From assembly GCA_044892525.1 (NCBI GenBank), contig CM097885.1, positions 127,410,001-127,474,000 on the forward strand: a DNA stretch of 64,000 nt, in the 5' to 3' direction. The notes below the pieces were generated by a model that saw only the letters and a list, made by a program, of their open reading frames with translations, made no database searches and was not told the origin of the DNA. This document shows positions 38,019 to 51,395 of the stretch, one piece after another. The position numbers were made by a program, and so were the translations under genes. Position 1 is the first letter of the stretch; the number at the start of each line of letters is the position of its first letter. Source of the DNA: Schmidtea polychroa. Lineage: Eukaryota.

Positions 38019-40319
38019 ATAGTGGTGGTTGGCCTGTAGAACAATTTCTCTCACCGATTTAATCATTATCACATTTATTCATTTATCATGAAATTGAAAT
38101 TTATTTGGAAATTTATTTTAGCCATTCTACAAATGGCTTTCAAGTAATTTTTTTTATTTAAAGTAAATTTTAAGACTTGAATTCTGATCCATATAAGATA
38201 TGAGATCATTATTCAAGTTCTTAAATATTACTTTTAATCAACAGTATAATTATAAATTATTTTTAATTAATTTTCAGGGTTTTTTTAGGAATTTTATGAC
38301 ATTTATCTTGGAATTATTTCGAAAAAATGTGAGTCCGATATATTTTTAATTATAATTAATTAATAAATAAATAAATCACCAAAAATATGTATTTTTTTAA
38401 AACATTTTGGGAAAAATCGCTGATTAAAATAATTTTTTAATTTTTGTAAATTTTTTTTCTGAGCTCAACATGAGGGGATTCTTTCAGGAAATCAAATCTG
38501 GATTGAAAAGATATTGAACCAAATTCATCTGTTCTTGATATTTTCATTAAAAATATAATTTAAAAAATTTTCAACGATCTTTTTATTCTAAAAATTGTCT
38601 AAAATGAAATTATTATAAAAACGTATCTCATCGTTACATTTCTACGAATCAAAAGTTTGTAAGTGTTTTTTAATGTGTTGCGTTTGTGTGCAGTTTTTAA
38701 TTTTTCTACCACTTTTCAGATTTCTATAGTATAAGATGTATCTGAGCTATAAATGAGAACATCAACCTGAAATCAAAGTAAGTATGTATGTTTCTATAAT
38801 TTAAGAATATTGATTTTTTTGTTATATTATAGGAAACGGTTCTCAGTGGTGTTTGGTGTACTAACTTCGCACACGCACTATAGGTAGGAAAATTATGACT
38901 GGGACATAGTGAAAGCATGTACAAGTAATACACACACCCTAGGAGAGAATCAGATTCAATACGTGCACAACCCATACACAATCACGCACTATGTGTAGGA
39001 GAGATCTGGTTGCACATCGATGGTTGAGGTGGTGAGCCAACAACCTCTGGTCAAATCATAACCACAAACCATTAGCATATAGACTGATAATAGGAATGGA
39101 ATTACCATTTTTGTCAAAACTTAACATGTCAAAGAAACGGATGGCCACAACTTCCAGAGATGTCCGGAGGCAGGAAACCTCTCCACGAAATAAATTCCAT
39201 TATTTTCTATTATATATTAATTTGATTTATAGTTTTATGGGGGAAATATTTACAACCACTCTACTCGATACAAGGAAAGTAACAGTTGAGAATACCTACA
39301 TGACATCCGAGATGCCCAGAAGTGTTTTTAGAATTTTGTCCTGTAAAATATTCAAAGGTTGGTGGGACTTGGAATTTGTTTATTATCCATAAGTATCTCT
39401 CGATATTAGGGTAAGGAAAGTTAATGGTGGTATTCCATGCAGTGCTGGCAGTTCCAATGTATCTCGGTGTAATGGACACATGAGTGAAAAGGACAATAAT
39501 TCTCTCTTTTTCTGTAGAACTGCACAGTCGCATGAGATGCATTAGATGATTAGTTTTAGAAAAAGAAATATCTGTAATAGCAAGTCAAGATGAATAATAT
39601 TAATAAAATTGGTTAATCGGTATGCTAACTCATAGTACTTACACATCAGTTGTTTGTGGTTCTTTAGAAGTTTTTTATAAAATGGTTTTAATAATAGTAA
39701 TGTTTACTTTCTGATTAAATCTGAAACGGATGGGTTTCAGGGTGTTTTATTAAATACCCAGGGTTTCTCATATTCACATGCATACTTTTTTGATGATTGC
39801 TGGACTATACCTTTTATGCTGTTTATCAATCATAATAATCAATTCTAGACGCATCTCTGACTACTCAAAGACTTTAATAAACTTTAATAATATAAATATA
39901 ATTTACGTTTACATACTCGGCTAACCGAAATAAGGGATTGGACCCATAATTGCGGACCTATCAAGGCGTGATCGAATGGAGAATAGACGAGTAAATATGT
40001 TAATTTTCGCACCAAAGCGTATTTTTTCTGCTTTCTATAATCAGTAGACTTAACCCATCTATGTTTTCCCATATTTATTGTCCTTAATGTTAGTAGGTGT
40101 AGGTTTCTATATAATTGATTATATTTTATAATAGGCCCCACTTAGTGGCCAACCGCCTGTGAGTTTGGTGTATTAAGGAAAATCCTAATAATAATCCTAG
40201 AAATTCCAATAGTAAGAGTCCCAACGATAATGAGCATAATAAACCTAAGAATAACAAGATAAGGAGAATTATATCAGGAATTATAATAATTATAGTAATA
40301 ATTCACTATTATAAAGCGA

Positions 40320-41915
40320 CTATTCATAATTATAAATCATTTATTCAATATTCTAAATCATTTATTCAAAATTATAAATTAATTATTCAAAATTATAAAT
40401 TAATCAAAATAAAATAAATTATTCTTATTATTTATTCTAAAAATTAATTTTGTGTCAGAAGAAACATAACAAAGCTACGACGACAGTGTATAACTTTTAT
40501 GTATTAATAGCAAACAAATAATCACATAATCATGTCATAGATTGCATTGTAACACATAGAGTCGCAAGCAATAGGTAATAAACCCTTCTAGATTTGTCTT
40601 TTTTCAAGGATAATATTTAAAAAAGTATTAAAGTTAATTAAATATATTAATAAAAAAATAATAAACATCAACATATTTAATAAAAAAACATCAAAATGTT
40701 AAAAGAATTCCCCGCTGTATGCAAAAACAAGGTATTTCCGCATTCTCTCATAATACAAACCATATATAATATAGACGGATCCACATTCATTTCAGTAATA
40801 ACCCTGGCTACATTCTCTTTTATCATTACAGATGTCGTTGGTTCGGGTCTAATTGCTGAATATCTGCTTTTAATTGTTGAGAATATGTTTTCAATTGGAT
40901 TTAGATCCGGACTATAAAGGGTAAATATTTTATGATAATACTTTTTTTCTACGGAAAAATCTTTTACAATATCACTATGGTGAAATCTTACATTATCCAT
41001 AACTAATATATCATTTGCTTTTATTTGTTGTATACTATAAGCTTTTATTAACAATTCCAACAGTTTCTCAGCATTATATGCACCATCGATCAATTTAAAA
41101 TGGTTTATCTTTTCAGCGCAAATAATGGCAAGTAGAGATACATTTCTGCCTCGGTTAGCTGGAACAAGCTTTATCTGTATTTATTGGTGAATAACCATAA
41201 TGGTTGCCAGTATGTAGGTTAAAACCACTTTCGTCTAAAAAAATCAATCGGCTGTTAGGAATAAGACGAAGTTCTCTTTCTAGTATTTATCAGATCGGGA
41301 AATACGGTTCTTACTGATCTTTTTTTTATTCTTTTGCGCGTTATAGATAGCGCTTTTAATGTTTTCGATATTTTTGACTGAGAAAATGAGAGACCTGAGT
41401 TATAAAGCTTTTCTTGCATGCCTCTCTGTGTCAAGCTTGGATCTTCTTGAATTATTTGATTTAGTTGGATATTTACATTAGAATCCAATGGTTGAGGTTT
41501 TGGTCCGGATTTTTTATGTATAGTACTTAGGCTGCTACCGGTTTCAACACACGCATGTATTTTTCAAAGTTTTGAACCAACTGCAGTCTGCAGCAATGCT
41601 TAAATTGAGGGTCGTGGCAATAAATGCCGTTGTTTGGTTTGCGTCTTTCAACCGTTTAATTGTTGTTATGGCTTCGCTTGTGATTACCTGGCGTTGTTTA
41701 GGCTTAGACTTGGTTGTATTGCTGTTATTTGCACCAGGATTGGACTCGTTCATCATGAATTTTAAATCGTTTCTTTTTATTATTTTTAAAATGACCCTAA
41801 ACAATAAATTAATTCTAAAATCATTTTGATTAATTTATAATTTAGAATAATTAATTTATAATTTTGAATAATTACTTTATAATTTTATATAAATGATTTA
41901 GAATAATGAATAAAC
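40320..41915 (-). mobile_element. IS630/Tc1-mariner-type DNA transposon with AT-rich TIRs
   Basis: Inverted repeats ATTATTCAAAATTATAAATTAATCAAAAT (~40382-40410) and ATTTTGATTAATTTATAATT (~41823-41850) flank a transposase relic. Outer ends approximate. Confidence 0.75.
40677..41758 (-). pseudogene. Frameshifted IS630/Tc1-like DDE transposase
   Basis: HTH region (QIIQEDPSLTQRGMQEKL...SKISKTLKALSITRKR), FLDESGFN, VMDNVRFHH and YSPDLNPIENIFSTIK, spread over several frames. Confidence 0.88.
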
Positions 41916-43134
41916 AAACACGCGTAAAAGTATTTTAAATTCAAGACGAACTGAGAGCGAAACTGAAAGGCGCAATATCTAAGTTAACGTCCGTGTTTGG
42001 AAGACCACCCGGATCAGAGCGCCGAATCAGAGATACCAAATAGAGGCTTCAAGATTGTCAGCGGAAACAGAAAGCAATAGTCAGCGGTCAGAAGATCGAG
42101 CTAGACCTATAGTCTTATTCAACCAACGCGATTATTGTGCTTTTTGAATGAGAGAGATGGGTACCAACTGGGAGTTTAAATAAAAAGAAAAAGATAAAAA
42201 ATGTGCAGTAAAATGTTAAAATATTAACAATCCTAGGGCACCTGCGGATTTGAAGAAACCGTTTTTTGACTTCAAGTCCGAGAGATTAAAGAAGGGTACC
42301 TAGTGATTTTCAAATAGCGATTATCGAGGCACCCGAGTACAGCATCTAATAACCGGACTGTAGTGTCCAGAAAATTATCAGTCAAGTGACAGATGATGCT
42401 GGATCACCCAAGACAAAAACTCGGATACGACACCGAGTATTGAATGCACTTTTTATTTGCTAGCGGGACTTGGTACAAAACCAGAATACCCACATCAAGT
42501 ATCAAGGAGCCAAGTGAATTGGTTGTGAGATCCGAGTCCCAATTGTGATTCCCAATTTTTGGGGGATAAAGGTCAAAAGTCGGTTAGCAAGCTTCCGTGT
42601 TTTTATATCCTGATTGGTACAAAAGCCGAATACCACATCGAGTATACTTAGTATCCTAGCCTCTATACGGCTAATCTGCTCGAGTCAAACCACAACATTG
42701 GCTGTGTAAATGTTTGAAAATTGTATTGTGACATGAAAGATTCTCGTATACATTTCTCTGCAGCGCCTAAACCGGAGAAATGCATGGAAACACATTTCGC
42801 TTGGGCTCAAGACGAAAAAACCATGTTGATCTATTTTTGATGAGTCATGCCCATTTGAGCCAGTGCGCTCACATCTATTTACTGGTATTATTTGAAAATA
42901 AATGTCTAATAAAAATTGTAAAGAATAATTCTTTATTTTCGTTAATGTCTATAATAATAAAATTTCAACTTATTATTCTTGGAATTACCAAATTTTTTAA
43001 TTCTAAATTATGTACTAAAAATAGAATGAAAAAATATAAACCAATTCAGATTTTTGGAAAATCGACTAAGTTAATATAAATATGACTGGAAATTTTGCTG
43101 TTGCTATAAAATTTCCAAAAATATTTAATTCGTC

Positions 43135-46100
43135 ATGATATTTATCATTGAAATTTTTCTCCTTTTGGGAAATTCTTTTGGTCAAAATTCCGAGAATATT
43201 TTCGCTCCAAATATCAAGACGTTCAATTGCATGAATTTTAACATAAACTGTTTACAAAATGGTAATTTTTTTTCAATAAAATTAATTTACATATTTTTTT
43301 CAGATTGGACAAATTGTGAAAAATGGTTTAATTCGTTTGAAGGTTATGAAATGTTTAGATTTAATTAAAATTATATTAATATTTAGATTATCCCATGTAT
43401 GAATTGGTCAATAATCGTAATTATGATTTTTTTGTTTAACTATTTATAATTAAATGTAGTGAATGCTGAAAAAAAAATGGAAACCTACTGTAAAATTTTT
43501 ATTATTAATTAATATTAAATATATTAATAGATATAAAAGAAGAAATGTTAGAATATATAGAACGTGTAAATGTTAGTCGAGCGATGTTGAACAGATTTCT
43601 CCTTGATTTGGAAAGTAAACTATTAAATAGAATTTGTAGAGATGTTGATATAAAAAACAAAAATTTATAAAATTATTTAAATTATATTTAACTTAAATAT
43701 TTTTAAAATAGTAATTTGAAAATATTAATAAAAATAAATTCTTAAACATAACAAATATTTAAATTACCTATTCAATTGTGTTTTCCGAATTTGATTATTA
43801 CTTTTATTTTTTCATCATAAAACATTTAATAGGGATATAACTTAAATTGGATGGAATGGATTACTTCATCAAAACTTTCGATAATGACATTTTACCTAAT
43901 TATCACCTTTACTTTGAATCTGATAAAATAAAGGATAACTATAGAATTAAATGAGCAATATACGTATAAATTTTCAAACAATAAATTAAATTATTTTCCA
44001 ATTGTTATTTAATTTAATTAATTATTTAATTGACTAATTCATTTATTTTAAATTTATTAAATTAAGTATTTATCGAAATGAAGTATTTGATAAAGAATTC
44101 AATAAGATTTCTATTGGTAGACCAGTTTGCAATCAGAACACATATAAATATAAAAAAACATATAAATATAAAACATAAAACACATAAAACATATAAAACA
44201 TATATAAAACATATATAAAAACATATAAAACATATATAAATATATATTTAATATCTTATAAACTAGGCCTATGAACATATCATCTATAATAAAGATTCTA
44301 AATCATTAAATAATTATAAGCAATTAAATTTTGGAATGACATTCAACTACGGTAAGTAACTCAATAGAACCAAATAATTTCGGTTTAATAAATTTAAATA
44401 AAGTTTTTAAATTTGCTGTTCAATTTATTTATTAAATTTTAAAATGTATTCTTTTGTTTTGTTTTAGAACGAAAAGTCGATTTACAATTATTGAAAACTA
44501 AACAGAACTACTTACAGTTGAGGCTAGGTATAATGTCTATAATTATTTAATTGTTAAATAAAATTAATTACCACATATAATTATTCCAAAGCGAAATATC
44601 ATGTTCAAACTAATTCTTTTACCTGTAGGGTCAAAATATTTAAATTAAAATTTTTTATGTTCATTTACTTCTTAAATATGAATTTTAATTTAGGAAAAGA
44701 CATTAATAATACAAACATAGATCAATTAGAATCTGGTTAGAATTTTTTTTATCATTTTAAATATGATTTATATACATATTATTATAATTGCTAAATTAAA
44801 TCGGTAGTTATTATTTTGAAAGATTTAATTTTAAAAATTTTAAGTAAAATACATGTTGGCAAAGTGTATGTGACATTACATTAAGGAAATTCGGAAAGTA
44901 AAAGGAAGTGTTATGCTTATAAATCGATTCAATAAAAATGTGTTTAATTTAACAAAATAAAAATAACATTGATAATAATAATATTAAAAAATTATTATTA
45001 TTAAAAAAATAATAATATTATTCTTGATTAGTTCTCAAGGGAATAAAGTTTTTTTCTTTTCTATATAATAAAAGTGTACAAATAAAATTCAAGAAATTCA
45101 AACCAAATTATATAATAAAAGGTATATAATTTTTGTCATCACTAAAATAGTTAGATTCTTTTTACTTTTTAATTTAAATTTACAAGCTTACTGTATAAAA
45201 CTTTGCATTCAATACATACTTTTTAATGAAAAACCTTTTTGAATTATGTACTAATATTAAAAAGATTTTTTTTAATTAGTTTTTAAATGACTTAAAACAT
45301 GCCTTATATGGGTGTAAGTTATTAGATTATTCAATTTAAATTTTCATTAATATTTTGTTTTACTATTTATTTCGATTGGTTATTTTTTTGAATTTAAATT
45401 TACATTATTAACTCATTAAGTTCCAACGGAATATCTTTAATGAATTTGAAAATAGATTTACGTAATTTTAACAATATTATTATTAGTTGCGTTTCAGAAA
45501 AAATATCCCATTCAAAATTAAAATTAATTAGGTTATAAGGAAGATATAAAAATTTATAATTATTAGATATAGAAAATGTAGCAAATAATATGATTTGCAA
45601 AAATTAATCAAATTAATTAAAAAAATTAATGTGCAAAAAATCAAATTATTCGCATCGTGTTTTTACACTTCGGGATCTTTTAATGCTTATTGGAATGAGC
45701 TACAAAAATGTGTACTGAGGCTGTACAAATCCATGAAATGACCCTATTGAAGCAGTATTTTATTTGTCTGATTTTTTTTATAATTTTTAAAGGTTCTATA
45801 AAATGTTTTTACTTTTCAATTTTCCACTTTTCATTTTTATAAAAAAATTTTAAATAACTTTATATGTAATTCAAATATTTTAAACATTATTTTATTTTGA
45901 TTTTTACTTAAGGTTCTTAAATGTTTACTCACTTACATTTCATCTAATAATTTATCTTTTAAAATTTAAAAATCATTTTAAAAGAATCCTCAAAGTCAAA
46001 TTAAACTGGCGATTTCACTAATTTCTTCCTTAGTCTTGATTGTTGGATGTTTGTCTATGATGAGAATTTCCTCTTTAAATTTACAATATTTTTGGATGTT

Positions 46101-49100
46101 GTCGCTGGCTAAGCCATTTTAATAAAAAAATATTTTCTATGCTTCCTTGGTTGGTATTGTTGGAGATGTCTGTATACTAAGGACTTTCCAGTAGGATCTA
46201 GATGTTCTTCAACTCTTTGGCAAGTTCCTGAGCGTACACGTGATGCAGTTAAACATTTTTATTGATGTTTGGCAGTTTTTTATTGTGCAAATATTTTCTT
46301 TTTTGTGCTGTTTCCCAGAGCTTCCCTTAATGCCCAGGACTTAAGTGCTATAAAAATGGAAGGTCAGTGTATTAGGGTTCTTTCAGGATCTTTAACAAAC
46401 AACAATTAAACTTCAATAAAGGCATTAAAAAAACGGATATTACAATAAGGACATTGAAAAAACGAATTCAAATCCGTAAAACCTTATGAATACAGAAAAA
46501 AATACTTTTATTCTATTCATCGACAATCAACATTTTATTTTTAAAAAGTTGGTATAAAATTAAGGTGACAAGATTTTTAGATGGACAAAGCGGGACAACT
46601 TTGAAGGAGAGGGGTATCAACAAAACTTTTCATATAGAATAAAAATAATATGGTAATATTTTTGGATTTTTAACATAAGTACAATTTATAAATATAAAAA
46701 ATTGTATATTTTTTTCCTTGACATATTTTTTATTCAATTTGACGCGGGATAAATCGTAAAAAATCGGACTGTCCCGCCCAAAGCGGGACGTCTGGTCAAC
46801 TTATATATAATGAATACATTTCTCACAGATTAAATGAAGCTTTTATTTATTCTGTAAATATTTTAGATTTAGAAAAACATCTAAAAATGATCCAAGGTAA
46901 TTTTGCATTGTATTTTATTTATAACAAAAATATTATAATATTGGAAAATTAAATAATAATAATTTTTTCTCAAAATTTCAAATTATATTTGTAAATAAGA
47001 TTTCGAGAGTGGAAACGTTGCAAACATTTCTTCTTTATAACTTCATGTGAAAATGTTTTCCAAGTAAAAATAAAAATTAATCATAACTAAATTCAACAAT
47101 AACACGATTTAATTGCAACATTTTATTTTTTAAACAAAATGATTATTTAAACAATCTTACTTTATAAATTTATTTAAATATATTTCAGAAACATCGATGA
47201 TTATTTTTATGAGCCAATGAATTCAAACATACATTTTAACATACTATATAAATTTTTATTTAAATTATTTTTAAAATTAAAATAAAAAATTCTTAATATT
47301 ATAGATAAAATCAAAATTTTATAATCTCAATTTCCTTAACGTCAATTTATTTTTATTTGTTTTTAAATAATAATATATATTTCACAAGACAGAAAAGATC
47401 AATTTTCACCAATTAGTACCGTAAATATTTTCTTTTGCTCTTCCATTTATTCCAAAAAATGGAATTAATTCCCAGTTTTGTGTAATGTGTTTTTTTTCCG
47501 AATAAAATTTAGCATTTCCTTCGATTTTAATATTAATAAAAGTATGCGTGTCAATTGGATTCATCATTATTATCCACCAGGACCTTTCAAGCACCTTGGA
47601 AACTTAAAGCTTTATCGTATTTTCTTTTTTAGATTTCAAAAACAGTATAGTACTGCTTTGAAATTTTACTGAAATGTTTAAATATGCGATCGCTTCTTCA
47701 CCAGGTTAGGAGTGCAAGAAAGTAAATTTCTGAATAATTTCAAAGATTAAGACAATATTTACAAAATAGTTGGTATCATGTATACAAGAAAACTCTATTT
47801 ATATCCTTAATTTATACTTTGAATGATGCATTAAATAGGTATAAAACCTCAACTGTGCCAAATATCACATTGAAAATCAGACATTTAACCTACAGGGGTT
47901 CCTGAGAACAATTTTATTAATAAAGCTTAAAAACACATTTATTTTAAATATTGAAATAAAAATCTTGCTTTGTTTTTAACTGAAACATTGTCAGATGTCA
48001 TCACCTGGAGTCTTGAAACCAGTTACAGTAAGACTGGACTCTGACATAACTGTGATCGCTTTCAACAGTCTGGGTATGATTACCACATTGAAATTCTCAG
48101 AAAACGTAAAATGTTTAAAATTTAAGCATTAGTCATTTCTGTTGAGGTCTCAATATTCGGGAACACNNNNNNNNNNNNNNNNNNNNNNNNNNNNNNNNNN
48201 NNNNNNNNNNNNNNNNNNNNNNNNNNNNNNNNNNNNNNNNNNNNNNNNNNNNNNNNNNNNNNNNNNNNNNNNNNNNNNNNNNNNNNNNNNNNNNNNNNNN
48301 NNNNNNNNNNTGTTTATAAATATTTATTATAATTAACAATTACCAAATATAAGCAGTTTCAATTCTAGAAAAGTTTGCAATGCTTTGACAATTATTTCTC
48401 AAATTCTTCTTCTGAAATGCTTGTAAAAATATATGTGTATTGTTATATGTTGTGTAGTGCGTGCTGTACCTTAGTAGGTTTAGTCAAGATGTGAATCTTT
48501 TTGTTCTGATTCGGGTATTGAGCTATTCTAAGGATTAACCTTTGAATAAGAGTTTTTCGCTAAAATTTTGGGCGACTACACTGACTTTGTGAGTCGTTTA
48601 TATAGTAGATTATTTTTGCATAAATTAATTATTTTAAATTTTATATGTTATTTAATTCAGGCTCGTCAGACTGATATTAAATTTCAAATACTTTTATTCA
48701 CTTATGTTTCAAACATTAATTAAATTTCAAATATTTTTATTAATTAATACTTTCTTNNNNNNNNNNNNNNNNNNNNNNNNNNNNNNNNNNNNNNNNNNNN
48801 NNNNNNNNNNNNNNNNNNNNNNNNNNNNNNNNNNNNNNNNNNNNNNNNNNNNNNNNNNNNNNNNNNNNNNNNNNNNNNNNNNNNNNNNNNNNNNNNNNNN
48901 NNNNNNNNNNNNNNNNNNNNNNNNNNNNNNNNNNNNNNNNNNNNNNNNNNNNNNNNNNNNNNNNNNNNNNNNNNNNNNNNNNNNNNNNNNNNNNNNNNNN
49001 NNNNNNNNNNNNNNNNNNNNNNNNNNNNNNNNNNNNNNNNNNNNNNNNNNNNNTTATATACATATTTATTTTTTGTGTTTACCAATAAAATTTACAATCA

Positions 49101-51395
49101 AATATAATCAAAATTTTACATACAAATATGAATAAAAATAAATAAAGTTAAAAACACGTAGAGTGTTGATAATGTCAATAAAGTAAAATACACTAAAAAT
49201 TTATACACAAATAAAAATGAATATAGTTAAAACACAGATCAATGTTAATAAAGTTTGATACGATTTATCACACAAAAGTTATTGTTATCATTTGAGGAAT
49301 TGAATTGAGGAATTGAATTGTTGGTTGCTACTATTGTTTGAGGCATTGGATTGTTGGGAAATTGGACTGCTGAGCTATTTGATTTACCTACGCTCTTCAG
49401 CGCACACATTGACTCTATATTTTCTGGGCCCAGTCCTATAATACTTGTTGAGATTGAATGTGGTGATGTGCCTACCTTCATCATCCAACATTTTGGCCGG
49501 TATTGGTGGCTCAGACCTTTGTTATTCTTTCCAGTTTTAGAACAACCGTTTTTCTAACAAATCGACCAAGTTCAGTCTGATTTTCCTCTTTTTTCATTTC
49601 ATCGTTCTGTATTGATATCAGTGTTTTTGTACAACTCATTATCAACTATCAAACCTTCTTTATCCCTTTCCTTGTCATTCTCTTGAGCATACTTAGCAAA
49701 CGGAATTGATCAGGGTATGCGAAAAAACTTTCCTTTTAATTTTCTTTTAGATAATATTCCTTTTTCCCCCTAAATTTTCTCTCAATTCAACTGCTTTGAA
49801 CGTTTTACAAATATATGGTATCACTTTATCCTAACGTCATATGCAAGCACAGGATTTAATGATAATATTTACAATTTTTGTCAACTCATATAACATCTTT
49901 TTAGTGGAAATATACAACCTCAAAGGGACATTTACAGAGAAACAGGCTCTATTGATGCAAGATCAACATTCAAATCGTCACTAATAATGGCTTTGGAGAT
50001 ACTATAGAAGAATTTCCGATCCCACCTCAAATTTTGTTTCAAATTATCATATAATGTGGGGAAATCTTTGAATCTAAAAGGCTGAAATTAAACAACTGAC
50101 AATTCAAACAAATATTCCTTGATTCATTTTACTGAAAGACTAAATTGCCATCTTAGTGGTAGCAAATTGTCACGAAGAGGAATGCCCATGCATTTTAGAT
50201 ATGAAATAATGTCACATCCCTCCAATATCATTTTGAGGTATTGAACGATTTCATGTTCAGCACAAATCAAAAATTTTGCTTCCCTGTGGAAGTTATTTTT
50301 CTTTAGATATTTGTAACAACCTTACTTTGCCTTAAAGAGAGTAACATTTGTGAGATAAAGACCTTTCAACACCAAAATAATATAATAATTCTTCAATGCC
50401 ATTCTAGAACTCCACTAACCAGTTCTTTTATTCATAACTATTTTTCGATTTGCTGTTTTCCTTTCATCAAAGTAAATAGCAATGATATCCTCTATAGCAT
50501 ATACTAAATAATCTTACAACATGCAAAATACAGATAATATACACTCTAAAAAAGGTGAAGGAAAAACACATACAGCCTAGATAGGTAATGAATTATGCAC
50601 TAAATGTTATAAAATTGGGTTTATAGGCTTATCCTACGCCGGTGTTGATTATGAACCACATAAGTCTTAGGGTAATTTTAATATGAACATGACAAAGAAT
50701 GTATTTTATCAAGTTGTTAGTTTTATATAGCAAGCTAATATTCCTCTATATTTCCCAGTCATATTTATTCCATTTTCGTGTGTTTGTTAGATATCAAAAC
50801 TTATTTATATTATTATTTCATAAGATTCATTTTTCCTTGCTTTTTACCACAAAAGGTCCATTTGTCAGTTGTAATAACTTGTCATCCAGTGCAATGTCCA
50901 TAATTATTCTAAAGATTTTGCGGCTTCAATATTGAGAGCTAAAATACCAGTGACGCAGCGTGACTTTCATAATTGTGCCTGCCTCAAATTATAAAAGGTA
51001 TTTGTTGTCAGAAGGCAATGGAGAAGTTTGGGGAAGAGAAGTCATGTTCCGGAGGTGAATTTTTAAAGATTTCAAAACTTCGCACAAAAAATTATATTTT
51101 GTCAAAAAAAAATAAATTTTAAAGAATAACTTGATTACTTAAAAATAATTGTTTAAAATGATTTAAAACATTTTATTTATACTTTCTCTAGGATTTAAGA
51201 ATCTTATCATAAATGGTGATGAAATTATTGAAAGTAATTCTCGTAATAATTTAACATTTTGAATGGCAATATTACTTTTAAGAAATTCTACAAAAATTAC
51301 AATATGAAGAAGGCAAGAATTATAATTATAATTATTTATGATGAATCTTTTATATTTTTATGACTGCAGAATTGTTTAATTCACTTGAAATGCCA
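43135..51395 (+). CDS. Multi-exon secreted orphan protein gene, paralog 2 (incomplete; last exon runs into a gap)
   Basis: MIFIIEIFLLLGNSFGQNSENIFAPNIKTFNCMNFNINCLQN. Matching exons include 43531-43614, 44468-44527, 44694-44735, 46867-46896, 51192-51233 and 51283-51312. The upstream sequence TTTTGCTGTTGCTATAAAAT is conserved with paralog 1. Confidence 0.65.
44140..44245. repeat. AAAACATAT(A)-type minisatellite
   Basis: Tandem degenerate 8-11-nt units. Confidence 0.8.
46030..46300 (-). pseudogene. Penelope-like GIY-YIG endonuclease relic
   Basis: Fragments KFNCITC, CQRVEEHL...KSLVYRHLQQ and KEEILIIDKHPTI in shifting frames resemble the Penelope EN C-terminus. The GIY-YIG motif itself is not preserved. 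Confidence 0.5.
46561..46803. mobile_element. hAT (Ac-like) MITE
   Basis: TIRs TAAGGTGACAAGA / TCTGGTCAACTTA, internal GCGGGACA repeats, near-TSD TATAAAAT/TATATAAT. Confidence 0.7.
49800..50500 (-). pseudogene. Decayed hAT-related (hATm-like) transposase
   Basis: IAIYFDERK, EE-Y-IL, LRWDRKFFYSISKAIISDDL..DLASIEP and PLRLYIST, in the order expected for this family; many stops. Confidence 0.5.

Larger units (their letters stand above)
32590..38900. repeat. Mosaic of about six ~0.8-kb related units in direct and inverted orientation
   Basis: 32880-33722 is inverted at 35850-36635; 33780-34670 at 36636-37590; 32595-32795 at 37590-37790. More diverged copies at about 35060-35600 (+) and 38100-38600 (-). 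Boundaries approximate. Confidence 0.85.

Noticed and set aside
39261-39542. Possible CR1/L2 LINE C-terminal fragment (RYIGTASTAWN)
   Set aside because: Only one weak motif.
41940-42790. GC-richer island with an internal ~30-bp direct repeat, possibly a retroelement 5' region
   Set aside because: No termini, TSD, PBS or protein motif could be established.
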